Positions 36,971 to 47,538 of a stretch of DNA of 63,969 nucleotides are shown piece by piece; position 1 is the stretch's first letter, and each line of letters starts with the position of its first letter. This DNA is from Octopus bimaculoides (lineage: Eukaryota), in the NCBI RefSeq assembly GCF_001194135.2, contig NC_068993.1, positions 55,965,243 to 56,029,211 on the forward strand. Reading direction: 5' to 3'. The notes under the pieces were generated by a model. That model had not been told where the DNA came from. It made no database searches and saw only the letters and a program-made list of their open reading frames with translations. The position numbers were made by a program, and so were the translations under genes.

Positions 36971-38024
36971 CTACAATATAGAGTTGTGATTTCGGCAGTG
37001 ACGTCACATCTTATGTTCTGATCTTATAAGGCGATGCTACAATCATAAAGTTTCACACCCTGGTATCCTAGTTTATGCTGGGATCTAACAATGTGTTCTA
37101 TGAGCTCACAGATTTATGGCCTGACCTCACAATGAGCTAAACAAACGCCCGTTAAGCTAATATTAACGTTTTAAATGAAGGGAACATAAAGAAGCTAACT
37201 AGAGTAAGAACATTATCTGGTCTCTGTATCCCGCCATTCCCTCGATATCAGTAGCGTTCTATAACCCATTTAGTTGTGAGTGTTAACATCTAAATCAAAG
37301 TGACAACCCAGACGAAAGAATCGGGAAGCAGGTCAGTCAAGCGTACAAAGAAGATAAGGAAATGTTCCCGCCCTTACATACATTCATATATAGATGTATG
37401 CATGCATATATATATAATAATATGAATAATATATAATATATGCATATATCCTTACATATATTGGATAAAACTGATACATACATATATATATATATATACA
37501 TACATACATATATATATATATGTATATATATATATATNNNNNNNNNNNNNNNNNNNNNNNNNNNNNNNNNNNNNNNNNNNNNNNNNNNNNNNNNNNNNNN
37601 NNNNNNNNNNNNNNNNNNNNNNNNNNNNNNNNNNNNNNNNNNNNNNNNNNNNNNNNNNNNNNNNNNNNNNNNNNNNNNNNNNNNNNNNNNNNNNNNNNNN
37701 NNNNNNNNNNNNNNNNNNNNNNNNNNNNNNNNNNNNNNNNNNNNNNNNNNNNNNNNNNNNNNNNNNNNNNNNNNNNNNNNNNNNNNNNNNNNNNNNNNNN
37801 NNNNNNNNNNNNNNNNNNNNNNNNNNNNNNNNNNNNNNNNNNNNNNATGCATATATATATATGCATATGTATACATATAATGTATGTATATGCGTGAGTG
37901 TGTGCGCACACATCTGAGCGCATATTTATTTACACACACACACACATCAAATACATGCATATAGTATTTTCTGCAGCAAGTAAACAAGCTATTATCTACT
38001 GTTTTTGTTATTTTTATCACCTTC

Positions 38025-38074
<50 letters not shown>

Positions 38075-38623
38075 TACTATTATTATTATTAATGCGCGCC
38101 ATAAATTCCTGTCTTACATAATCACACCAATCTGATAATCTATTATTTGCAGACATTTGGAATTAACTTAAGAGAATTGTTAGCATCAGAATGAATGGTA
38201 CTTTATACATCTTTCTTTTTAATATTAACCGAATTTTTTTGTAAACAAGAACCCTGTTTGTAAAGGAAAAGAAAAGTTTCATGACGAGTATATAGACTTC
38301 AACAACGGTATACAGTTACATAAAGAAACTTAAAAACCTCTTGCTTATTTTTGTTGTTCCACCTAAAGATAGCATTTGCAAATTATTTTCTAACTGGTTA
38401 CTTTATGTACCCGAAAACGCCATTTCTTCGAGATTACAACTTCGATAATTTCCAACTTAACCATGTGCATCAATAAATTTTGGTATAAATGTATGGTATA
38501 TATTTCTGAGTAGAGAGGCTTCGAGGGAATTCTCCGTAAAATATTTCCTTTCTTATTGGTTTTAAAAGAAATCTTTATGCATGCAGTTTACCCCTGCTTC
38601 TGACTAATTATTTCTTCTGTCCC

Positions 38624-39422
38624 TTACCGCCAAACTGTATAAGACGTTGTTAAATTTGCATTTAGAAGAAGCTTGAAAAAAGATTTGATTTCCGCTATTT
38701 CTCGGCTTAAAGCAGAAATCATTTGTTGTATTTCTGCAAACTCTGTATTGGTGGTCGAGATTTGTTGTTATTGCTGTTGTTGATGTTCTTCTGTGGAGGC
38801 GCAATGACCCAGTGGTTAGGGCAGCGGACTCGCGATCATAGGATCGTGGTTTCGATTCCCAGTGTGTTGTGAATCGTGTTNNNNNNNNNNTGCACGTTAA
38901 TTTCACGAGCAGGCTGTTCCATTGAGCGGATCAACTGAAACCCTCGTCGTCGTAAGCGACGGAGTGCCAACAACAACATCGATGTTCTTCAACAGGAATG
39001 GTAGGGGAAGACACAGCTGTCGGTTGTGGTTGTTGAGAGGTAATGGGAGAGGAAGACATGGGTTGCTGTTGTTGCTGATGTTCTTCAGCACGAGTGGTAG
39101 TGGTGGCCACGGTGGTCGGTTTTTGCTGTTGTGCAATAGCAATGGTAGAGGCAGACACACAGGTCAGACACCAAAAGGACCAATTTGGTAGGTGGACCGT
39201 TTCCCAGAGTCCATTCATCATAGAAATATGGTCTCTCTTGTTTTGACCTGGGATCTTTCGAAAGTTTGTGGCATATTGAAGGCAGACAGAAACACGACAT
39301 TTACCACATTCAACCCATCGATTTCGGAAGGAGTTCTTGGGTTTTGTACAAAGATGACAGACGTAATTTTCTGAGCAATGTTCTATTTTGGAACTTCGAC
39401 CAGTTTTATCACACACCTTCAT
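38624..39422 (-). pseudogene. PHD-finger/linker/coiled-coil ORF (LINE ORF1-like), disrupted by a SINE and one stop
   Basis: VCHLC..WVECGKCRVSVCLQY..WSFWCLTC, then a Q/T/P/S linker. After removing the SINE the frame continues EEHQQQQ*QQISTTNTEFAEIQQMISALSREIAEIKSFF. Confidence 0.6.
38793..38980 (+). mobile_element. SINE family F (head, 10-N gap, tail) with a 10-bp TSD
   Basis: Head GTGGAGGCGCAATGACCCAGTGGTTAGGGCAGCGGACTCGCG; tail TGCACGTTAATTTCACGAGC..GACGGAGTGCC(AAC)n; GATGTTCTTC at 38782-38791 and 38981-38990. Confidence 0.85.
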
Positions 39423-39990
39423 CCATGAATGTCACCGTAGCAATTTTGTTCTGCCTGTCGATCCGTACAGTAGAATAAATGTAAACAAATTGTTATTCTG
39501 CGTAAGTTTAGCACATTTATTAACGAGATAAATTTATATATATATGTATATTATATATATATATGTATATTATATAGATCGGAAGAGCGTCNNNNNNNNN
39601 NNNNNNNNNNNNNNNNNNNNNNNNNNNNNNNNNNNNNNNNNNNNNNNNNNNNNNNNNNNNNNNNNNNNNNNNNNNNNNNNNNNNNNNNNNNNNNNNNNNN
39701 NNNNNNNNNNNNNNNNNNNNNNNNNNNNNNNNNNNNNNNNNNNNNNNNNNNNNNNNNNNNNNNNNNNNNNNNNNNNNNNNNNNNNNNNNNNNNNNNNNNN
39801 NNNNNNNNNNNNNNNNNNNNNNNNNNNNNNNNNNNNNNNNNNNNNNNNNNNNNNNNNNNNNNNNNNNNNNNNNNNNNNNNNNNNNNNNNNNNNNNNNNNN
39901 NNNNNNNNNNNNNNNNNNNNNNNNNNNNNNNNNNNNNNNNNNNNNNNNNNNNNNNNNNNNNNNNNNNNNNNNNNNNNNNNNNNNNNNNNN

Positions 39991-40024
<34 letters not shown>

Positions 40025-40840
40025 GTATGTATTTATACACCCACATATACATATGTGTTGAGTTTCATCATAGGTGCTCTATACTAACTTTTACTCACAG
40101 TGTTACTGACAAACCCAAACTATGGAAGAAATTTGCCCAAGATGCCATGCAGAGAAATTGAACACGGGACCATGTAGTTGCAAAAAATAAGAAAAATTGG
40201 AACAGAAAAGTAGACAAAAAAACTTAGGTATGCTTGCGGTCATTTAAGTATATTTTATAGCTTAATGATGATATAAACTGTTTGCTCAGTTGACAACGAT
40301 ATCATGTGATACCAGTAGATTGATAAATTATTCATCTGAGGTGCGTTTGTAAGGTCAATGATATTTGTAACTACGTCTCAGTTTTGCCATCATGTATGCC
40401 GCTCTGGTTATTTATCAGATCTAGTTGATTTATACTTCTTACTCTCGGATACATACATACATACATACATACATACATACATACATACATGCATACATGC
40501 ACGCATACATACCTGCATACATACCTACACACATGCAAAATACATGACGGTATTCATATGTAAGTACACATCCCTACGAATAATTCATCACGCGCACATT
40601 CTTATTTAAAGGCGCATATATGTATGTATGTATGTATGTATGTAGGTAGGTAGGTAGGTAGATATGTAAGTATGTAGGTATATAAGTATGTATGTATGTA
40701 TGCATGTATGTACGTACCTCTCTCTCTCTCTTTATATATATAGCCACATATTTATGTTTATATGTATGTATATATATGTATATATACTTAGGTGTGTGTG
40801 AGTGTGTGTGTGTGCGTGCGTACATGTATGTATGTAGGTT

Positions 40841-41430
40841 ACATGGTCGGGCCGTCGGCAACTAAACCGGTAACCCTACCAAGCCTGCTTGATAAGGAGG
40901 GTGGTTTTCGTTGAACACCCTGAAGGATGAAAAACACAACTTGTTAAAAGGCGGACGAACTCAGTGGAGTCAACGACCGTCTGATAGTTAGGAGTGAGAG
41001 ATTCTAGTCTTAGTTTAAACATCTGTCCGTTTGTATCCAATGATATTGATAGGTTATTTTTGAGCTAATGGGAATGTCCCTGTGCAAGGCCATTCCCCAC
41101 TTTAAGCAGCTTCAGGCATAAGCACGGCTTTATTAATTTTTTTTTTAACATCTCTATTACGTATTACTTGTTATGGCTAATCGTGACCGAGAAAGGCAAA
41201 ACATCCAATGAAAAGTCACTGAAGGACAGGAGGCAGGTGTCAGCATATGTGGTAAATACTCCGAACACTTGTAGCAGGAAGTCCTCCTCGTTGCCACTTC
41301 TATGCAAAAAAATTTAGGTCCTTTGCGGGATTGAAAAGCAGCATCCGTACTCGAAATTGTGTAGAAGCTGCAACTAAGAAATGCTCGGAATGAGTCTGAG
41401 ACGAACGATAATTGAAGAGGTAAACTCAGA
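40841..41430 (+). mobile_element. Probable 5' UTR and N-terminal zinc finger of an RLE-type (R4-like) LINE
   Basis: Structured leader with hairpin AGGGTG/CACCCT at 40898-40921, then CHFYAKKFRSFAGLKSSIRTRNC, a decayed C2H2-like motif. Confidence 0.4.
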
Positions 41431-41443
41431 AACAAAGTTTAGG

Positions 41444-42030
41444 TCAATCAGCGAATTTCCAAACGGAAAACACATAGACGTATGATTTTCGACTGCATTT
41501 AGCTTCTGGAACGTCCCTTTTTAGTGACCAACAATAATCAGCCAACATAGAAGAGCTCCACTTTCCTTGGTATCGAGTTTCCATGCTCAGCTTGTCCTGC
41601 TGACATCTCTTGCCGTGTTTGTCATTGACAGCCACAAAATTTTCAGGCAAAAAGTCCGAGTGAGGATTCAAGAAGTGGATTTTAGGCTCATATTGCATCC
41701 CAAGGCGTTGTATGATGTCAGTAGCTCTTTCACAATATTAGAATAGTTCTCTGCTCCATGATTCCCCACAAACTCCCTGTAAATGTTCTTAAATAACAAC
41801 CACGCAGCTTTTTCAACATCATTGAGCTCTTCATCACACTCTTGGTCTCTCATCAGCTCCCTAATCTGTGGCCCAACAAAAATACTCTCTTTGATTTTTG
41901 CGTCACTTACACTTGAAAATTTAGTCTTCAAATACATAGATCCCTTGCCAGTTCTATCCATACCTTTGAGGAAATTCTTCATCAACCGTAGCTTAATATG
42001 CAAAGGAGGCATATTTGCTTTTATATAATG
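41444..42030 (-). mobile_element. Chapaev3-type (CMC superfamily) transposase C-terminal remnant
   Basis: PPLHIKLRLMKNF..IFVGPQIRELM..GNH..NY..LGCNMSLK and HFL..HSDFLPENF.AVNDKHG.R..QD..METRYQGKWSSSMLADYCWSLKRD. Confidence 0.8.
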
Positions 42031-43756
42031 CTCCCCACCTCCGCCATTTATATACACATACACATACACACAAACACGCAAACACATCCAGGTTTTTATA
42101 TCTTTCTTTCATGTAGTAAAAGATAATTTCATGTATTTCCTGTAATTTAGTTCCTTTCATAGAGTTTAAAAATCAAACAAATTATAACACAATTAATCTA
42201 TTCTTTTATTCAATAACCTATTAAGGTTGCATTTGCGTGTCAGAAATTCTCTGTAGCCAATCAGTGCAGTTATTAAGTGTCATTTTAAATTTAACATTGC
42301 ATTAATATAATTATATCAGTTCATTTCAAAACAATAATAATGGAGGAGCATTTAGAGAGATCAGACAGATCGATGGTGAAACTCAGAGGATAACAAAACT
42401 TGGTAACAGACGATGTATTTCAATAAAGTGTTTAATTCTTTGGTTTAAAATAATGTCACTTATAAAAACAAAAGAACTCGCATTTGTTTACCTGTTCTCA
42501 AAATTCGGGCGCCTCATCCGTATGCTAATTGTTTTCATTTCTTTTTTATTTGAGATCTATTTCTTCCTTTTTCTTTTTTTTCTTTTTCGTTTGAGACCGC
42601 CTCTGTCTATACACCTGGCTCCATGTTGTGAATAAATTTGTGCTTAAATGAGGCTAAACTCCCTTTGTTCAGTCTTATTCAATATAAGTATATATATATA
42701 TATATATATATATATNNNNNNNNNNNNNNNNNNNNNNNNNNNNNNNNNNNNNNNNNNNNNNNNNNNNNNNNNNNNNNNNNNNNNNNNNNNNNNNNNNNNN
42801 NNNNNNNNNNNNNNNNNNNNNNNNNNNNNNNNNNNNNNNNNNNNNNNNNNNNNNNNNNNNNNNNNNNNNNNNNNNNNNNNNNNNNNNNNNNNNNNNNNNN
42901 NNNNNNNNNNNNNNNNNNNNNNNNNNNNNNNNNNNNNNNNNNNNNNNNNNNNNNNNNNNNNNNNNNNNNNNNNNNNNNNNNNNNNNNNNNNNNNNNNNNN
43001 NNNNNNNNNNNNNNNNNNNNNNNNNNNNNNNNNNNNNNNNNNNNNNNNNNNNNNNNNNNNNNNNNNNNNNNNNNNNNNNNNNNNNNNNNNNNNNNNNNNN
43101 NNNNNNNNNNNNNNNNNNNNNNNNNNNNNNNNNNNNNNNNNNNNNNNNNNNNNNNNNNNNNNNNNNNNNNNNNNNNNNNNNNNNNNNNNNNNNNNNNNNN
43201 NNNNNNNNNNNNNNNNNNNNNNNNNNNNNNNNNNNNNNNNNNNNNNNNNNNNNNNNNNNNNNNNNNNNNNNNNNNNNNNNNNNNNNNNNNNNNNNNNNNN
43301 NNNNNNNNNNNNNNNNNNNNNNNNNNNNNNNNNNNNNNNNNNNNNNNNNNNNNNNNNNNNNNNNNNNNNNNNNNNNNNNNNNNNNNNNNNNNNNNNNNNN
43401 NNNNNNNNNNNNNNNNNNNNNNNNNNNNNNNNNNNNNNNNNNNNNNNNNNNNNNNNNNNNNNNNNNNNNNNNNNNNNNNNNNNNNNNNNNNNNNNNNNNN
43501 NNNNNNNNNNNNNNNNNNNNNNNNNNNNAAATGTGAAAATGAGTCTGTCTAACACAAACTATTAACAGAGGAGAAACTGTAAAATTATACGAGTGTTTAG
43601 TACGTAACTCGACACTGCTGTTATTATTATCTAAATTCCAGCAATGATGCACCGTTCTTTTGTTAAGAAACATCTGTTTCATTAAAGAAAGAATTCGATT
43701 CATTAAAAAAAGACGAAAGACACAACACATACAAATAAACACATAGAAATATATAA

Positions 43757-43988
43757 GGCGGCGAACTGACAGAAACGTTAGCACGCCGGGCGAAATGCCT
43801 AGCGGTATTTCGTCTGCCGCTACGTTCTGAGTTCAAATTCCGCCGAGGTCGACTTTGCCTTTCATCCTTTCGGGGTCGATAAATTAAGTACCAGTTATGC
43901 ACTGGGGTCGATGTAATCGAATTAATCCATTTGTCTGTCCTTGTTTGTCCCCACTATGTTTGGCCGCTTGTGGGCAATAAAGAAATAA
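43757..43988 (+). mobile_element. SINE family A with tail 2, full length and young-looking
   Basis: GGCGGCGAACTGACAGAAACGTTAGCACGCCGGGCGAAATG..GAGTTCAAATTCCGCCGAGGTCGAC..GGGCAATAAAGAAATAA. Confidence 0.9.
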
Positions 43989-44032
43989 TAAATATATATT
44001 GACACAGATAATCTTCTATACATAAATACATA

Positions 44033-44414
44033 CGAGGGGTGTATGAAAAGTTGTGAGCCTAACCTAGGAACGGAGCTGCTAGGTAGCTGAAACAATTTTT
44101 TTCTGGTAAGTACAGGCATTTCGGGAGTATTCTTGCTCATTTTCATGATTCTGATATTTTAATTTTTTTTGCTGCAGATTTTTGAATAAACAAGTGTCGA
44201 GGTTACAAGGAAAATGGAGAAAACTGAGTATCGTGCTGTCATAAAGTAGCTTCATTTGAAAGGCATGACTCCATCAGAAATCCATGAAGATATGGTGAGA
44301 ACCTTAACAGGCAATGCTCCTTCATATGCAACAGTCAAACGCTGGGTAAATGAATTCCAGCGTGGCAGGGAGAGTGTGGAAGATGATCCCTCACCAGGGA
44401 GACCTCCAACTGCA
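44033..44414 (+). mobile_element. mariner 5' end (TIR + transposase HTH), truncated by a SINE
   Basis: TA-CGAGGGGTGTATGAAAAGTT end; ATG at 44214 starts MEKTEYRAVIK*LHLKGMTPSEIHEDM..PSYATVKRWVNEFQRGRESVEDDPSPGRP. Confidence 0.9.
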
Positions 44415-44795
44415 AGGGGATAAGTCGATAACATCGACCCCAGTACTCAACTGGTACTTATTTTATCGTTACCGAAAAGGTGAAAAGCAAAGTCAATTTC
44501 GACGGAATTTGAACTCAGAATGTAAAGACGGACAAAATACTGCTAAGCACTTTGTCCGGCGTGCTAAACAATTCTGCCTGTTCAAATCCTTTTTATTATA
44601 GGCACACGTTTTAAGGCACGTTGAAAGTTTTAAGGGGTGGGCTAACCGATTGCATCATCTTCAATCCTCAACCAGCACTAATCTTATCTATCCTAAAAGG
44701 ATTGAAAGGCAAAGTCGGACCCGGCGACATTTGAACTCAGAACGAAGGACGAACGAAGTGCTGCTAAATAACGATTGTTGCTTGTTCGACGCCTT
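44415..44795 (-). mobile_element. Two tandem family A SINE fragments
   Basis: ATCGACCCCAGTACTCAACTGGTAC..GGAATTTGAACTCAGAA (44415-44580) and a second, diverged copy (44600-44795). Confidence 0.75.
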
Positions 44796-45059
44796 AACTT
44801 GGTAGAATATTGCATGTATAAACTATTTTTAAAGATAGAAAGGAACAGAAGGGGAAAACTTAGAAAGAGAAAAATGAGAAGGGGAAGTCAATGAAATAAT
44901 GAATAAGACTTTTAAATGTCTAAAAATTGATACGGACTGAAAAAATCTTGAATGATAAAAGACCCAGTTTGCGAGGATGGCGTATTTGGCATGTTTACAG
45001 TAGAACTATAACTGTTATTTTAGATGGATAATCATACTCTTTGAATACATTTACTTTGC

Positions 45060-45131
<72 letters not shown>

Positions 45132-45399
45132 ATACTTGAAACGTATAGATGTGACGTATCCCTAAACTGTTACGAAAATCTTTACGTAGAGTGATGAAAT
45201 GCTTATAGTTTCCGACCAAGCAGATTATTCTCAAAAACTCTGGTTTCTTAAATTACTAAAGTTTACGAAAAATTTATGCCTTGCGGAATTTTTTTTGTAC
45301 CAGCAGTAAGAGTTCAAAAGGAAAGAACATTGCAAAATGTCGTTAACTTTGAATTTTGAAATGCTAGACAAAAACATAAAAAGTCGCATTAGGAGGTTT

Positions 45400-45560
45400 A
45401 TGTGGCGTGGCTGTGTGGTAAGAGGTTTGCTTCCCAACTACACAGATCCGATTTCAGTCCTACTGTGTGGGACCTTGGGAAGTGTTTTGTACAATACTCG
45501 GGCCTACCAAAGCCTTATGACAGGATTTAGTAGATGGAAACTGAAAGAATCCTGTCGTAT
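45400..45560 (+). mobile_element. tRNA-derived CORE-like SINE family D head
   Basis: GTGGCTGTGTGGTAAGA..TTGCTTCCCAAC..TTCAGTCCTACTG..ACCTTGGGAAGTG..GAAACTGAAAGAATCCTGTCGTATA; matches 33770 and 59905. Confidence 0.8.
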
Positions 45561-45659
45561 AATTACCTATCTTTCTATCTATCTATCTATCTATCTAAAT
45601 TAACAGAATGAGATAAAAATCCTAGGCTGTGAAAGATTTAAGAACATTTATAAATAGAA

Positions 45660-45710
45660 GGTCTTACAGCTGTTTCCGGGATATTTTATATATCCCTTCA
45701 TCGGAGACGG
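45660..45710 (-). ncRNA. Minimal type I hammerhead ribozyme (U4C core variant)
   Basis: Minus strand: GUCU-CCGAUGA-A-GGGAUAU(AUAAA)AUAUCCC-G-GAAA-CAGCUG-UA-AGAC. Helix II is a perfect 7 bp; helix III is the palindrome ACAGCUGU. Confidence 0.75.
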
Positions 45711-45879
45711 TGTGAGAAAATGGTTAAGCAATAGTTATTCTAGATATGAAATAGAGAGTGAAGTGGAGGAATGAAAATAGAGGTAAGACATGCAGGATAT
45801 TGTATCTGTAGTTCCGTTATTTAGGCACAATGGTATATATGTAAGATTCCTGTACCTTGTAAGTTCCAATAGTATTTAA

Positions 45880-46180
45880 AATTGGTCATTCCAAGCATTG
45901 AGTTTATAAAAAAAAGCTCTTGATTCAATAACACCGTTTACATCGTTTCCCATTCAAACTGTTCCAGCTTTTGAAAGAACCCATTTCTCGTCACCAGTCA
46001 CTATTCGGTCTAAAAAAGGTTCATTCGTGAGACGTGCCAGCAAAGAAGAGCACGCATTCGCACTCTGCGAGCAATTAGACTCGGAAAGTTTGTGAGGAAC
46101 CCATTGACCCAATTTTTATGACTTTCCCAATGGCACGTAGGTGTCGATGTATTGTTGAATGACCAAATCCAAGCTTCTCT
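45880..46180 (-). mobile_element. mariner transposase central remnant
   Basis: AEKLGFGHSTIHRHLRAIGKV / KLGQWVPHKLSE..NEPFLDRIVTGDEKWVL, containing the WVPH and TGDEKW motifs. Confidence 0.9.
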
Positions 46181-46239
46181 GCTTGGAATTACATATATAT
46201 GAGTGGGAGATCACCAAAATCTTTTAAGTGTATAAGGGC

Positions 46240-46835
46240 CTGTACGGATCTTAATCTGTCATAGGTCTGTTTCATACAACTAGAAATCAAGAGAGCTTAT
46301 TTATTAGAGAGAAGAAGGTTTGAAAATATTTTATATGATTCTATAATGCATAACAAACCGGGCTTTTTGGATTATTTGCATGTCTGGCAAGGCAAATTAA
46401 TTTCAACTAAATTTCAAAAGTATAATTTATGAATTTGCCAAATTCAAGCAAAAACAAAGACGTTGTGAGTAGCAACATTTAGAAAAATTCGATCGGATTC
46501 AGTCCAGTGTATGTATTTTTCTTTTTTTTTTCCGTACTGCAGCAAAGAGATATTCATTAACGTGTGAGCTATTACAAAATTTAGACGATCGGATTATAGA
46601 GAAATCATATAAACTTGAATTATGTCAATATTGAAGAATTATTATCTAAAATTAGGTGTGGTTGAAAAGAAGGCTTTTATGTAAAAGTTGGTCATTTTCC
46701 CATTTCATAGTTAACCTCGACAGACTTCAGCCATGTCCCTGTTGTATTCTTCGGGTATTCTTTTGTTTGTAAAATCGTTTCATCTGATGAATACGGTTTT
46801 TTAATAATGGAGTATATTCTCATTTTTTATTAACA
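46240..46835 (-). mobile_element. Penelope-like element GIY-YIG C-terminal remnant, copy 1
   Basis: Direct repeat of 49496-50074; Penelope-like peptide remnants are clearer in copy 2. Confidence 0.5.
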
Positions 46836-47126
46836 AATGCATAAGAAATAGCTGTAATGAGCTGTTATTATTCATTTGATTATAATACACCAAGGGGATT
46901 TACAACTTGTCGGACACCCTAGAGTATATCAACAATGTACAATTCAACGTAACGCGTGCTTTGAACAAGTCCTAGGCACTAAATATTCATAGGGTTAGTT
47001 TTCTCTGTGTACACAACCGGAATATCCTATTTGGTTCTTACCAACAATAGGCCGGAACCATAAGTTTATTCAACCCTACCAGGTGCATATCTTTTCAAGT
47101 ACCTGATTCTACCTGAATCCTTATTT

Positions 47127-47163
<37 letters not shown>

Positions 47164-47386
47164 TTATAGACAGGTGTTCTCTATACAGAATACACTTCGA
47201 AGTGCTCAAGAGGTTTGAACTTGAGTCAGTAGATGAGTAAACGTAATGAGAAGCAAGTTAGGCAAGTCGGTTTACACAGAATATTAAATATATTTAATTA
47301 AAAAAATGCACATGTGTATGGATATAAATTAGTCCGAGTTACAGAATATGAATTATATCAAGAGTTAAATAGGTAGAGTTTTACAA

Positions 47387-47470
47387 GTCCAACAGCTGTT
47401 TCTGGCGGCTTGGTGGTCCGGAATAATGATAGTTACTTGGATCCAACACCGCTTCCGTCTTCAGGGGAGA
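47387..47470 (-). ncRNA. Degenerate type I hammerhead ribozyme motif
   Basis: Minus strand: CUGAAGA-[long imperfect helix II]-GAAA-CAGCUG-UU-GGAC. Core and palindrome are intact; helix I is only 2 bp. Confidence 0.55.
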
Positions 47471-47506
47471 ATTTTACATTTGAAGTGTTGACAGGTTGGA
47501 GTTTAA

Positions 47507-47538
47507 ATGCATAATATAACGTACGTTATATTATGCAT
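47507..47538. repeat. Perfect 32-bp palindrome
   Basis: ATGCATAATATAACGT|ACGTTATATTATGCAT. Confidence 0.95.

Noticed and set aside
43757-43840. tRNA-like sequences at SINE heads
   Set aside because: A/B boxes are present but there is no complete cloverleaf, and each continues into a SINE body; not tRNA genes.
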